The notes: generated by a model from the letters alone, not told the origin. Positions 35,757 to 45,832 are shown, numbered from the stretch's first letter. The stretch is 64,000 bases of DNA from Nitrospiraceae bacterium (GCA_041748925.1 JBGTCI010000002.1:20086-84085); one strand, 5' to 3'. Translations and numbers: made by a program.

Positions 35757-38168
35757 TCACGCCTCCTCTGCTCCCACCGGCCCGGTCCGCCCGACGACCT
35801 CTCTCCGTCCATCCCGGCCTGCCGCGCCCACAAGGCCCTCTGCCTCCATTTGCTCGATCATCCGAGCCGCTCGAGGATAGCCCACCCGCAACCGGCGCTG
35901 AATCAGAGAAGCAGAAGCCGAACCGGTGGACAGGACCAACTCTTTCGCCTGCTCGTATACTTCGCCCAGCGACTCATCCTCTTTCGCCCCTTCCTGTTTC
36001 AGCGCGATCTGCAACTCCTGATTGTAGGCGGGAGCAGCTTGGTCTTTCACGAACTCGACTACGCGGCGGACGTCGTCATCCGACACAAACGACCCGTGCA
36101 GTCGCATGACACGTCCCGTCCCCGAAGCCATATAGAGCATGTCTCCACGACCAAGGAGCGCCTCCGCACCGTTGGCATCCAGAATGGTGCGAGAATCGGT
36201 CTTCGACGACACCTGAAAGGCAATGCGGGCCGGAAAGTTCGCCTTGATCAAGCCGGTCAACACATCAACCGACGGGCGCTGCGTCGCCAGCACGAGATGG
36301 ATACCTGATGCGCGGGCCATCTGCGCCAAGCGCGCAATCTTGTCTTCCACTTCTTTCGGGGCCACCATCATCAAATCCGCCAATTCATCGATCATCACGA
36401 CGATATAGGGCAAGGGCTCCGGCGGAGTCGCCGGCGGTGTGAACGATCCGGGGCTGCCATCCGGAACCGCAGTCTCTCCGGCAGAGAGCCGGTCCTCTTC
36501 GGACAGAAACTGAATGGGCAATTCCGGCTGGTCTAACTTGGCCACCGATTCTGCTTCCAGCACACCCTGCTTTCCGGCGACTTTTCGATTATAGGTATCG
36601 ATGTTTCGCACGCCTGCCTCAGCGAGCAATTTGTAGCGTCGCTCCATTTCAGCCACTACCCAACCGAGCCCTCGCGCCGCCGACTTGGGATCGGTGATGA
36701 CCGGTCGTAAGAGGTGAGGGATGCCGTCGTACGTTTGAAATTCGAGCATCTTGGGGTCGATCAGGAGTAACTTGACTTCATCGGGGCGCGCCGAAAACAG
36801 CAAGCTCAGGAGCATCGTATTGAGGCTGACACTTTTCCCGGCCCCTGTGGCGCCGGCGACCAGCAAGTGCGGCATCGTTTTCAGATCGGCGATCAGAGGG
36901 GTTCCGAAAATATCCTTCCCCAAGGCCAAGCTGAGCTTCGATCTGGCGCGGGAAAATGCTTCGCTCGTCATGACTTCCTTCATCGACACCGTCTCGCGAT
37001 AGAGGTTCGGCACCTCGATGCCTACCACAGATTTTCCCGGAATCGGCGCGACGATCCGGAGACTGATCGCTTTCAGTGCCAATGCCAGATCATCGGCAAG
37101 GTTCACAATGCGCGCGACTTTCGTTCCCGGCGCCGGCTCAAACTCGTACATCGTCACGACTGGCCCGGGACGAACTTCCGTCACCTTCCCTGCGATGCCA
37201 AAACTGAGCAGAGCGCGGGTCAGCACATCGGATTGCGCCTTGATTTCTTCTTCCGTCACACGCCCCAGGGGGCCCGACGGTTCGCTCAGGAGCACAGCCG
37301 GATCCGGCAAGATATAGTCCCCCGCCTTTGCTTGAGCAGCCACGACTTGTTGGTCCGGCTCGGGCTCGATCGGTTCAGCCGGTTCGGGAATCGGTCGTCG
37401 TGCCGGCTGAATGACCGGCCAATCCAATTCCGGCTCTGCAGACGCCTCCGGAAGCGCCTCCTCAATCACCGCACGGATGGATGCAGTGGATTTCTGTCTG
37501 GATTTCCGTGGCGACTCAGGAACTTCTTCTTCCACCGGCCGGTCCGGAATCAACGTACGCGCCCTGTTGAACACCCTATTGCCCCAACCGGGAATCCGTC
37601 GACCAATCTCCGACAGAGAGATGGGCGCCGTGAAGAGGAGCGAGACTAGTAGTCCCGCGATGATCAGAATGTGGGCGCCGGTACTTGCAAAATAGGCTCG
37701 CAAACTCTCGGCCAACACTTGCCCGAAGAAGCCTCCCGCCATCCCTCGGTAAATCAAACCGCTAGAGACGGTCGGCACCGCCGAGATTTCGAGATGAAAC
37801 AGACCGCTGAGAAACAGCAATGCCGCCAGCGAAGCGCCGGCGTTCCGCAGACGGATCGATAGATCGCTCTGAGTGAAACAGCGGACACCCAAGAGGCCTA
37901 GGAGAATGGGAAACAGGTATGCAGCCCCGCCGATCGACCAGAACAAGGTGGACGCGAAGAACGCGCCGACCGATCCGATGAGGTTTCTGGGCGGAGGCGT
38001 CGAAGCCGCTCCGGCCTTCATCTCCCCTGGGACAAAGGACAACAAGCTCAGCAGCGTCAAGAGCGCCAACGCGATCAGGACGACTCCGATCACTTCTCGC
38101 TTGATGTGTGAGGGGGGGGCAGCGGCGCCGCGGGTCTCGCCCCGCTTGGCCGAACTGGTGACAGCCAT
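35757..38168 (-). CDS. ftsK: DNA translocase FtsK
   Basis: 803 aa. N-terminal TM helices, Pro/Glu-rich linker, motor domain with Walker A (GATGAGKSV), and a C-terminal winged-helix gamma domain (SASLIQRRLRVGYPRAARMIEQME). Confidence 0.95.
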   Translation of the reverse strand: MAVTSSAKRGETRGAAAPPSHIKREVIGVVLIALALLTLLSLLSFVPGEMKAGAASTPPPRNLIGSVGAFFASTLFWSIGGAAYLFPILLGLLGVRCFTQSDLSIRLRNAGASLAALLFLSGLFHLEISAVPTVSSGLIYRGMAGGFFGQVLAESLRAYFASTGAHILIIAGLLVSLLFTAPISLSEIGRRIPGWGNRVFNRARTLIPDRPVEEEVPESPRKSRQKSTASIRAVIEEALPEASAEPELDWPVIQPARRPIPEPAEPIEPEPDQQVVAAQAKAGDYILPDPAVLLSEPSGPLGRVTEEEIKAQSDVLTRALLSFGIAGKVTEVRPGPVVTMYEFEPAPGTKVARIVNLADDLALALKAISLRIVAPIPGKSVVGIEVPNLYRETVSMKEVMTSEAFSRARSKLSLALGKDIFGTPLIADLKTMPHLLVAGATGAGKSVSLNTMLLSLLFSARPDEVKLLLIDPKMLEFQTYDGIPHLLRPVITDPKSAARGLGWVVAEMERRYKLLAEAGVRNIDTYNRKVAGKQGVLEAESVAKLDQPELPIQFLSEEDRLSAGETAVPDGSPGSFTPPATPPEPLPYIVVMIDELADLMMVAPKEVEDKIARLAQMARASGIHLVLATQRPSVDVLTGLIKANFPARIAFQVSSKTDSRTILDANGAEALLGRGDMLYMASGTGRVMRLHGSFVSDDDVRRVVEFVKDQAAPAYNQELQIALKQEGAKEDESLGEVYEQAKELVLSTGSASASLIQRRLRVGYPRAARMIEQMEAEGLVGAAGRDGRREVVGRTGPVGAEEA

Positions 38169-38200
38169 GATCGCGATGCTAGCACAGGGAAACGGTCAAT

Positions 38201-38992
38201 TCAAACGAGCGCGCGCGCGAGCCGGAGAAAATCTTCAACCGACAACGTTTCTGCCCTGCGGGTCGGAGCGATATCCAAGCGCTGCAATGTTTCGGCAACA
38301 GGATGAAGTTCATATCCTTCGTCGCGCAGAGAATTGACAAGCGTTTTCCTTCGATGCGCGAAAGCCGCCTTCACAAGCGCGCGAAATGCGGCTTCTTCCT
38401 GCTGGCTGAGCCTCGTGCGGTTCGTTCGCAGCAAGACCACCGCCGAAGCCACCTCCGGCCTGGGGCGGAAACACTGGGCAGAGACACGAAACGATTTGGT
38501 GACTTCGGCTGCGTACTGCGCCATGACTGAGAGCACCCCATAATCGGACCCGCCTGGCTTTGCCACCAATCGATCGACCACTTCATCCTGCAACATGAGC
38601 ACCATCCGGGGGAACCGACTCCGTTGGTCGAGTAGCGTAAAGAGCAATGGAGTGGAAATGTAGTAAGGTAAATTGGCTACGACAACTGTCCCCATCGGCA
38701 GACTCTCGACCGGATAGGCCAGCGCATCCTCACAGACCAGATCCACATTCGGAAGATCCGCCTGCCTGGTTTCGAGATAGGCATGGAGCCGTGGATCTAA
38801 TTCGATCGCCGTCACACGACCGGCTGCGCGGCACAACGCCTTGGTCAGGATTCCGCGGCCCGGACCGATTTCCAACACGTGGTCGCTGCTGTTCAATTCT
38901 GCCAGCGCAACGATTTTACGTACGATGTTGGGATCGATCAGAAAATTTTGGCCGAGCCGTTTGTTGGGCGGAGGGAGTTCAGGGGGTAACAC
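38201..38992 (-). CDS. rsmA: 16S rRNA (adenine1518-N6/adenine1519-N6)-dimethyltransferase
   Basis: 263 aa. LGQNFL.D.NI..KIV and SAM motif EIGPG.G.LT. NLPY motif present. Confidence 0.9.
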   Translation of the reverse strand: MLPPELPPPNKRLGQNFLIDPNIVRKIVALAELNSSDHVLEIGPGRGILTKALCRAAGRVTAIELDPRLHAYLETRQADLPNVDLVCEDALAYPVESLPMGTVVVANLPYYISTPLLFTLLDQRSRFPRMVLMLQDEVVDRLVAKPGGSDYGVLSVMAQYAAEVTKSFRVSAQCFRPRPEVASAVVLLRTNRTRLSQQEEAAFRALVKAAFAHRRKTLVNSLRDEGYELHPVAETLQRLDIAPTRRAETLSVEDFLRLARALV

Positions 38993-38995
38993 CGG

Positions 38996-39322
38996 TCAAT
39001 TCCTGCCGGAAGGACGAGGAGCGGCCTGCGTATGTTGCTTCGCCAAACCTGCAAGCGGGATTCGGAAATAGTCGATGAGATCGGTAAACTCTTCCACCAG
39101 GTCGTTGGTAAAAGAGGGCCCCGGCTGCAAGGCGGCAAACTTCTGCCCTTCTTGCTGACCCAAGGATTCAGTGATGAGTGCATTCGTCCTGACTTTCCAT
39201 TTTGCCACTCGCTCTGCTCCGGCAACGGTATTGAGCGTCTCCATCGTGTCTTGGAGAATTGTGTCCAATTCCTTCAACTGCTTCTGAAGCATGTGATACG
39301 CCGCGTCCGATTGGTTGGTCAT
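38996..39322 (-). CDS. Hypothetical protein
   Basis: 108-aa ORF, predicted helical, no recognised domain. Sits 3 nt upstream of rsmA. Confidence 0.55.
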   Translation of the reverse strand: MTNQSDAAYHMLQKQLKELDTILQDTMETLNTVAGAERVAKWKVRTNALITESLGQQEGQKFAALQPGPSFTNDLVEEFTDLIDYFRIPLAGLAKQHTQAAPRPSGRN

Positions 39323-39333
39323 CTCAATGACTC

Positions 39334-39429
39334 CTGTCTATCTGGTCTGTCTGGTCTATTTGGTCTATCTGGTTCGGTCCAAACTAGGAAACCAGACAGA
39401 CGAGATAGACCAGACAGACCAGATAGACC
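39334..39429. repeat. N9 nonamer-arm hairpin, copy 7
   Basis: CTGTCTATCT GGTCTGTCT GGTCTATTT GGTCTATCT GGTTCGGTC - loop - CCAGACAGACGAGATAGACCAGACAGACCAGATAGACC. Ends 2 nt from the pdxA stop (39432). Confidence 0.9.
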
Positions 39430-39431
39430 TA

Positions 39432-40469
39432 TCACCGTCTTTTGACTAACGTGGCGGCCAGCGTGATCGCCTCGACCAGACTACCGGGATCTGCGATGCC
39501 CTTCCCTACGATATCGAAGGCTGTTCCGTGATCGACCGAGGTACGGAGAATCGGCAGCCCCACCGTCAGGTTCACGCAGGTTCCGAAGGCGACAAGCTTT
39601 AAGGGAATGAGCCCTTGATCGTGGTACAGAGCCACCACACCATCGTATTCACCTCTTGCCGCCTTGCCAAATAGGGTATCAGCCGGCAAGGGATCGCTGG
39701 CGCGAATGCCCTGCGCTTGCGCCGCACGAGCCGCCGGGAGAATGACCCGCGCCTCTTCGTCGCCAAACAGTCCATGTTCTCCGGCATGAGGGTTCAACGC
39801 GGCAACACCGACTCTCGGTTTCTTAATTCCGAACAGATCCTTCAACGCCAGATGAGCCAGTCTGATGGCTTTCTCGACTTTGGCCTGGGTGAGAAGCGCC
39901 GGCAAGTCCTTGATCGCGACGTGGGTTGTCACAAACATGATTCGGAGCGGTCCGCCGATAATCATCATGCCGGACTCCTGTGTCTTGGTCAGGTCTGCCA
40001 GGAGTTCCGTATGGCCGGGGAAATGACAGCCGGCCATATTGATCGCTTCTTTGTTGATCGGCCCGGTGACGATTCCGTCAATGCAACCGAGTTGCGCAAG
40101 CTCCACGGCTTTCTTGATGAACAGGACGGACGCCGCTCCGGTTTCAATCGCCGCGACTCCTCGCGGGAAGCGTCCAAGCGGATGTTCGAGCGGGTCCAGC
40201 ACGGCGAGATGGTTCGGCCGAGGAGTCACCGTTTCGTGACCCTCCACACGAATCACGTTCAACTTGAGTTTTAAGTTCTTGACCGTCTGCTGCATAACCG
40301 GAAACGAGCCGATAATCAGCGCACGGCAAAGTCGTTGCACTTTTGCCACAGCCAACGCCTTCGCAATCACTTCAGGACCGATCCCAGCCGGATCTCCCAT
40401 GGTGATTCCAAGGAGCGGTTTGTCTTTCATCCTCGTCATGTTTTTCCTAACATTCATACCCTTCGCCAA
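39432..40469 (-). CDS. pdxA: 4-hydroxythreonine-4-phosphate dehydrogenase PdxA
   Basis: 345 aa. GDPAGIGPE, HTE.LA, and SVDHGTAFDI(A)GKG motifs. Confidence 0.9.
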   Translation of the reverse strand: MAKGMNVRKNMTRMKDKPLLGITMGDPAGIGPEVIAKALAVAKVQRLCRALIIGSFPVMQQTVKNLKLKLNVIRVEGHETVTPRPNHLAVLDPLEHPLGRFPRGVAAIETGAASVLFIKKAVELAQLGCIDGIVTGPINKEAINMAGCHFPGHTELLADLTKTQESGMMIIGGPLRIMFVTTHVAIKDLPALLTQAKVEKAIRLAHLALKDLFGIKKPRVGVAALNPHAGEHGLFGDEEARVILPAARAAQAQGIRASDPLPADTLFGKAARGEYDGVVALYHDQGLIPLKLVAFGTCVNLTVGLPILRTSVDHGTAFDIVGKGIADPGSLVEAITLAATLVKRR

Positions 40470-40481
40470 TCATTGATCGAG

Positions 40482-40605
40482 CAGGATGCTCAAAAAGGCC
40501 GTTCAGCGCGGCCGCAGCGAGCGAAGATCGGAGGCGTACCCTCAGGGGTACGTTGAGGATCTAAGCGATGCGAGAACAAAGCTGGCGGACTTTTTCAGCA
40601 TCCTG
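40482..40605 (-). repeat. P125 element, copy D
   Basis: 124 nt. CAGGATGCTCAAAAAGG...GGAGGCGTACCC-tcag-GGGTACGTTGAGGAT...CTTTTTCAGCATCCTG. Abuts the CaCA stop (TAA|CAGGATGCTGAAAAA on the minus strand). Confidence 0.9.
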
Positions 40606-41610
40606 TTAAACCCAGTACAGATACACCACATACCCTATATAAAGGATGGCGCTCCCGCTCAGCAACCAGGGCCGCCAGAGAGCGCCCCATGCAGCCTGCG
40701 CCAATAAGAAGGTGGCCGCGGCCACAGCGAGCACCATGGTAATCAATGCCGTCGGGGCCAGCATCCAGTCCGTGCCCAGGAGCCCGATCGAGACCGGAAT
40801 GGTACCCTGAAAGACGATCGCGCCGGTGACATTCCCTACAGCCAGCCGATCCTTCTTTCGGTAGAGCCAGAGAAAACTGTTCGACATCTCGGGCAGCTCG
40901 GTCGCCAGGGGCGCGACCAGGAGGGCCAAGATCAACGGAGAAATCGACAAAGCCCCCGCAATCGTTTCTGCAGCAAGTACGAAGAGATGCGCCCCGAGCG
41001 CGAGCCCGGCCAAGCCAAGGATTCCTTGAACACCGATAAGTCCAAACGATGGAACTGCCGCCTTTCTGGCAAACAGCAGCGGTTCAAGCCCGCTCTCGCT
41101 CCCCTCCTCATCAGTCTCACTGAACTTCAGCTTAACGTAATAGAGATAGAGCCCCACCAACCCGACGGCGGCGACGGCATGCACCGGTCGAGACGGAATA
41201 AACGCACAGACCAGTGCCACGCTGTATGCCGCCACAAAAAAGGAGAGATCGCCCCTCACATCACGATAATTCAATCGAAAGGCGGCGGCTCGCTTGCCCA
41301 GTCCTGCATAGACCACCAGCAAGATGGCTAAGATCGGAATCACCAGGGTGGTCAGCATGAAGGGCGCGCCGAGGATCGCGCCCAACCCCACTTCTGCTTC
41401 GGCACGGCTGTCCCCAAAGAAAATAGCAATGATGGGGATCGACGTTTCGGGAAGTGTGGTGCCGATAGCCGCCAACACACCGCCGATCGCGCCTTCGGAC
41501 AGATTGAATCGCTTGCCCAACCACTCAATGGCGTTCGTGAAGAGCGTGCAGGCGCCCAACGTCACCGCGACGGATACGAGAAACAGCAGTGTATAGAGGA
41601 GGACCGTCAT
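40606..41610 (-). CDS. Sodium/calcium (CaCA family, YrbG-like) antiporter
   Basis: Start at ATG 41610 (MTVLLYTLLF), overlapping the larC stop (ATGA). About 10 TM helices with two alpha-repeat motifs (GTTLPET..., GNVTGAIVFQ). Confidence 0.8.
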   Translation of the reverse strand: MTVLLYTLLFLVSVAVTLGACTLFTNAIEWLGKRFNLSEGAIGGVLAAIGTTLPETSIPIIAIFFGDSRAEAEVGLGAILGAPFMLTTLVIPILAILLVVYAGLGKRAAAFRLNYRDVRGDLSFFVAAYSVALVCAFIPSRPVHAVAAVGLVGLYLYYVKLKFSETDEEGSESGLEPLLFARKAAVPSFGLIGVQGILGLAGLALGAHLFVLAAETIAGALSISPLILALLVAPLATELPEMSNSFLWLYRKKDRLAVGNVTGAIVFQGTIPVSIGLLGTDWMLAPTALITMVLAVAAATFLLAQAAWGALWRPWLLSGSAILYIGYVVYLYWV

Positions 41611-42812
41611 CCCCGGCCCGTCGGCCGATCTATCCGCTGTTTGGCATAGACGAGGACCGCGTCTTCGAGCACTTCCTTCACGGGACGGCCCGTTCGTTCG
41701 GCGATCCGTTTGCAATCGAGGTATTCCGGAGCCGCCTTGGCCGTCATCTCGTTCACATCGGCGATCTTCATCCGGACGACTCCTCCACGCACGTTCACCG
41801 AAACAAACCGCCGAGGAAGAATCTGTCGCATCACCTCACGAATCCGGACTCCCAATGTCGTCGTTTCCTGAAACAAGACATCGAGAATCCGATCCAGCTG
41901 CGCGGGAGCCGCCACACAGGTCAAGATGATGCCGGGCCGTCCACGTTTCATGATGACCGGCGCCAACGTCACATCGAGCGCCCCACACGCGAATAACTGC
42001 TCCATGACATATTCATACGTTTGCGGGTTCACATCGTCGAGATTGGTTTCTAGCTGCAGCACCGTATCCCGTTCGCGCACCTTTCGAGATGACGGTCGCG
42101 CGAGAAACACACGCAAGGCATTCGGCCAGCCGTCGGGATCGGCATCGCCCGCGCCATAGCCGATAGCTGTCGGCGTCATCACCGGCATGGGACCGAACTC
42201 CGATGTCAGCGTGCGCAGCAGCGCGATGCCGGTCGGCGTGGTGAGTTCACGCGGAGGGCCTGCGCTGTATATCGGAATCCCTTTCGCCAAAATGGAGACC
42301 GCCGGACCAGGCGCCGGGAGGATCCCGTGAGCCGATTGCAGCGTCCCTGTTCCAACGTTGACGGGAGAGGCGGTCACACGCGTCACGCCCAACAGATCGC
42401 AGCACATCAGCCCGCCGACGATATCGACAAACGAATCCAGGACCCCCACTTCATGGAAATGGACGTGATCCTTGGCTACGCGATGGGCATGCCCTTCCGC
42501 TTCGGCCAATCGATCGAACACCAATCGGCTTTGTTGCTTGATCTTGTCGGGGAGTCTACTCGCACCGAGGATGGCATGGATCCGATGAAGCGAGAGAGGC
42601 TTGCGCAACCCTGAGGTGATGATGACGTCCACTTTCACGGCATGGATCGCCCCTCGATGCACCCGCCGCTTTCGTAGCGTGAACCCTGAAAGCCGGAGTC
42701 GTTTCAGCCCGCTCACCAAGTCGGGAAACGGCACTCCCGCATCCACGAGCGCGCCAAGGATCATGTCGCCGCTGATGCCGGAATAACAATCGAAATGGAG
42801 ATGCGCGCCCAC
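41607..42812 (-). CDS. larC: Nickel-pincer cofactor biosynthesis protein LarC (nickel insertion)
   Basis: 401 aa, GTG start. N-terminal HFDC.SGISGDM.LGAL.DAG signature of the DUF111/LarC family. Confidence 0.85.
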   Translation of the reverse strand: MGAHLHFDCYSGISGDMILGALVDAGVPFPDLVSGLKRLRLSGFTLRKRRVHRGAIHAVKVDVIITSGLRKPLSLHRIHAILGASRLPDKIKQQSRLVFDRLAEAEGHAHRVAKDHVHFHEVGVLDSFVDIVGGLMCCDLLGVTRVTASPVNVGTGTLQSAHGILPAPGPAVSILAKGIPIYSAGPPRELTTPTGIALLRTLTSEFGPMPVMTPTAIGYGAGDADPDGWPNALRVFLARPSSRKVRERDTVLQLETNLDDVNPQTYEYVMEQLFACGALDVTLAPVIMKRGRPGIILTCVAAPAQLDRILDVLFQETTTLGVRIREVMRQILPRRFVSVNVRGGVVRMKIADVNEMTAKAAPEYLDCKRIAERTGRPVKEVLEDAVLVYAKQRIDRPTGRG

Positions 42813-42883
42813 GTGCGTCCTTTCCCTTCTTCACTCAGACGGAGCCCATCTTACCCAAGCCGCCTGCGAACGGCAATCGGCTC

Positions 42884-42980
42884 GCCGAAGCGAGACTTGC
42901 GCGAGGAGCGTGACTCGCGTGAGGTGTGAGCCTTGCTCCCTGCTAGTCGCGCTTTTCCCGCAAGTCGCGCCTGTCTCGCC
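42884..42980. repeat. R-family heptamer-periodic palindrome, R1
   Basis: GCGAGACTTGCGCGAGGAGCGTGACTCGCGTGAGG ... CCCTGCTAGTCGCGCTTTTCCCGCAAGTCGCGCCTGTCTCGC. The right arm is about 95% identical, apart from an 8-nt indel, to the reverse complement of 45522-45585. Confidence 0.8.
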
Positions 42981-42982
42981 CG

Positions 42983-43011
42983 TTGACAGCCTACCGACGC
43001 TATGTTATCCC
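42983..43011 (+). promoter_or_regulatory. Sigma70-like promoter for ORF 43095
   Basis: TTGACA, 17-nt spacer, TATCCC, with an extended -10 TG (TGtTATCCC). The TTGACAGCCT start of the element matches the ispA promoter. Confidence 0.4.
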
Positions 43012-43094
43012 CACTGGTCTCGCCCACCGATCGGGCACTTCGAAACGGGCTAGTGACGTGCGTATCCACTATGACAATCTGCCGGTCCTTGATC

Positions 43095-43622
43095 ATGCCC
43101 TGCTCAGAGTTATTCGGATCGTGGAAGGGGCGGGTTGTCTGGATGCTATTCTGCGCCGCGCTGTTGCTCTTGATTCCGCCTGTCGCCTCGGCCAAATCGA
43201 AAGTCCCCCGCGCCCCGCGCCCGGAACCGGAACTGAAGATTCTCGACTTGAACGTCTCCCCCAACCCCTACACGATCTCGTCCGGCTCATTGCAGTTTTC
43301 TGCTCTAGTCCAGCTACCGAAGGAGCTGAACGGCGCAACCCTGCTGGAAGTCTCTTCCTTCATCACGTCGCCGTCGAAAAACTCGCTCCGTTTTCTCACC
43401 ATACGTAAACCCCTGGAGCCTCACGCCGCCTCGACCAACGGCGCCGCCCCTCCACATATCTCTGTGCTCTTGACCTGGGACGGATTGGACCAAAAGAAAA
43501 TCCCGGCGGGAGCGGGGCTCTATAATTTTGAAGTGCGAGCCAAGTTGCTCGCGAACGGTGAGAAGGGTCCCAGAACGCAGATGGTTGCCTGGCCGAAACG
43601 CGGAACAATCGAGGTCAAGTGA
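43095..43622 (+). CDS. Secreted hypothetical protein
   Basis: Start moved to ATG 43095 because the track start lies inside the predicted promoter. Signal peptide ...WKGRVVWMLFCAALLLLIPPVASA. Confidence 0.6.
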   Translation: MPCSELFGSWKGRVVWMLFCAALLLLIPPVASAKSKVPRAPRPEPELKILDLNVSPNPYTISSGSLQFSALVQLPKELNGATLLEVSSFITSPSKNSLRFLTIRKPLEPHAASTNGAAPPHISVLLTWDGLDQKKIPAGAGLYNFEVRAKLLANGEKGPRTQMVAWPKRGTIEVK

Positions 43623-43662
43623 GTCGTCATGTCTGAACGTCATCAAGTCGAGGGTCGAGACC

Positions 43663-44442
43663 TTATGACTTTACGACGTGATGACTTTTGACCTCCTCAC
43701 CTAACATATTAATCCGGTGCGCAAGACAGCCCGCCCCAAACCCGTTGTCAATGTTCATCACACCGACCCCGGCTGCACAGGAGTTCAGCATCGTCAACAA
43801 TGCAGCGAGTCCGCCGAAACTCGCGCCATAGCCCCGGCTCGTCGGCACGGCCACGACCGGACAGGGAACCAACCCGCCGACCACGCTCGGTAAGACACCG
43901 TCCATCCCTGCTACCACCACGACCACCCGGGCTTGCATCAGCCGGCTCTGGCGCTCCAGCAACCGATGAATGCCGGCCACGCCTACGTCATAGAGCGTTT
44001 CAACCCGGCTCCCCATCACCTCTGCCGTCACTTTCGCTTCTTCCGCGAAAGGAATATCCGAGGTGCCGGCTGTAATCACTAAGACATGCCCTTGCAGCCG
44101 CTGCTTAGGGTCACGGATCGACACAATGCGCGCCTCGTCATGATAGACCGCTCGACGGTCGAGCCGTTTGATGAGCGCGGCCACTTGGCGAGTCGCGCGC
44201 GTCGCCAACAACGGACGATGATGCTTTAACAACGCCTTCGCAATGGCCCGAATCTGGACTGACGTCTTCCCCTCGCAGAAAATGACCTCTGGGAACCCTT
44301 GCCGCAACGACCGGTGGTGATCGACCGAAGCAAATCCGAGATTTTCATAAGGCAACGTGCGGAGCTGCCCGATCGCCGTTGCCACGGACAGGGTACCCGT
44401 TTGCACCTTAGTCAGTAGTCGTTCAAGCGCCTCAGGATTCAT
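43663..44442 (-). CDS. larB: Nickel-pincer cofactor biosynthesis protein LarB
   Basis: Start at ATG 44442 (MNPEALE), overlapping the gpsA stop (ATGA). AIR-carboxylase-like core VLVITAGTSDIPFAEEA ... VVVVVAGMDG.LPSVVGG. Confidence 0.85.
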   Translation of the reverse strand: MNPEALERLLTKVQTGTLSVATAIGQLRTLPYENLGFASVDHHRSLRQGFPEVIFCEGKTSVQIRAIAKALLKHHRPLLATRATRQVAALIKRLDRRAVYHDEARIVSIRDPKQRLQGHVLVITAGTSDIPFAEEAKVTAEVMGSRVETLYDVGVAGIHRLLERQSRLMQARVVVVVAGMDGVLPSVVGGLVPCPVVAVPTSRGYGASFGGLAALLTMLNSCAAGVGVMNIDNGFGAGCLAHRINMLGEEVKSHHVVKS

Positions 44443-45458
44443 GGCTGCCCTTTCTCTGGCTTTGCGTCGCGTTCCATCAAGTCGGTCACCGCCTTGCGGC
44501 ACGACTTACCTTCAAACAATACCGCGTTGATCTCCTGCACGATCGGCATGTCGACGCGATGACGTCTCGCTAATCCTAACGCCGCCTTCGCCGTCCGCAC
44601 ACCTTCGGCCACGGCCTGCATGCTTCCGAGGATCGCCTCCAACCGCTCGCCCTTCCCTAATCTCACGCCGACCATGTGATTCCGACTCAAGGCTCCGGTG
44701 CAGGTCAGCACCAAATCGCCGACACCGGAGAGGCCGTAGAACGTTCGTGAATCCGCGCCCATTGCGACGCCCAACCTCACCATCTCAGCTAGTCCTCGCG
44801 TAATCAATGCCGCCCGCACATTATGACCGAGATCCAATCCATCCACCACGCCGGCTGCGAGCGCCATCACGTTCTTGAGCGCGCCGCCGAGCTGGACGCC
44901 CACCACATCGCTGTCGGCGTACACGCGAAAGGCCGGTGTCATCAACACGGCCTGAAATGTCTTGACCAGTCCCTCGTTGCTCCCCGCTAAACAGAGTACC
45001 GCCGGTTTCCCTGCTATGACTTCTGTCGCAAAGCTCGGGCCGGATAGCACCATGAGGTCCCGGTGCATGGCAGGAGGAAGTACGTCGGTCATGACCTGAG
45101 TCATCACGTTGAGCGTATCTTCTTCAACTCCCTTCGTCGCGTTGATGAGCGGGATCGAAGCGGGAAGGGACCGGACCAGCTCTCGCAGCACAGAACGTGC
45201 GACATGGGACGGCACCACAAACAGCAGTCCCTCGCTCTGCTCGGTGAGATCTATCAACGATCCGGTCGCGAGAAGCGATGAAGGAAGCGCCACGCCGGGA
45301 AGAAAGACCTGATTCTCGTGTTTCTTGTTGATCCCATCCACGACCTCTCGTTCATAGGCCCAGAGCCGAACCTCGAGACCCTTCACCGCCAGATGCTTTG
45401 CCAAAGCAGTGCCCCAGGCGCCGGCTCCGATGACTCCTATTCGGTTTATGGTCTGCAT
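44439..45458 (-). CDS. gpsA: NAD(P)H-dependent glycerol-3-phosphate dehydrogenase
   Basis: 339 aa. GAGAWGTALA dinucleotide fold and GALKNV.A.A.G motif. Confidence 0.9.
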   Translation of the reverse strand: MQTINRIGVIGAGAWGTALAKHLAVKGLEVRLWAYEREVVDGINKKHENQVFLPGVALPSSLLATGSLIDLTEQSEGLLFVVPSHVARSVLRELVRSLPASIPLINATKGVEEDTLNVMTQVMTDVLPPAMHRDLMVLSGPSFATEVIAGKPAVLCLAGSNEGLVKTFQAVLMTPAFRVYADSDVVGVQLGGALKNVMALAAGVVDGLDLGHNVRAALITRGLAEMVRLGVAMGADSRTFYGLSGVGDLVLTCTGALSRNHMVGVRLGKGERLEAILGSMQAVAEGVRTAKAALGLARRHRVDMPIVQEINAVLFEGKSCRKAVTDLMERDAKPEKGQP

Positions 45459-45521
45459 GTATGGGATCGGCCGCCTTGGCCAGCATGGTTCATAAGCGCT
45501 TTTACAGCAATTGCCGATTCC

Positions 45522-45585
45522 TGACTCACGCGAGACGAGCGAGACAGGCGGGATAAGCGCGACTGGCAGGGACAGGACTCACGCG
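45522..45585. repeat. R-family element, R2 (half copy, inverted relative to R1's right arm)
   Basis: GACTCACGCGAGACGAGCGAGACAGGCGGGATAAGCGCGACTGGCAGGGACAGGACTCACGCG, 64 nt upstream of the gpsA start. Confidence 0.75.
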
Positions 45586-45832
45586 TTCTGCAACTCCCTC
45601 TCCTCGCGCTTGCGGCAGCGGATTATAGGAACCGGTTCTTTCACCTGTCAATGAATGAGAGACGGTCTTTGAGTTTTGTCAAGTCAGGTCAGACGCCACC
45701 GCTCTGCCAAACGAGGACAAGAGAATGGAATGGCACATGCCTTGCTCCCCTTACGTACGATTTCACAATTTCCTTCGTCATGTCGTATCGGACGACTAGT
45801 ATAGGAAGTACGCAAGTAGGGCCTCGTTACAG

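Noticed and set aside
40482-40605. A hidden small ORF driven by the GGAGG inside P125 elements (GGAGGCGTACCC on the strand opposite the host transcript).
   Set aside because: No ATG, GTG or TTG lies at a workable distance downstream in any copy. The peptides that appear in the track (for example ...FFSILL...) differ in frame and length between copies.
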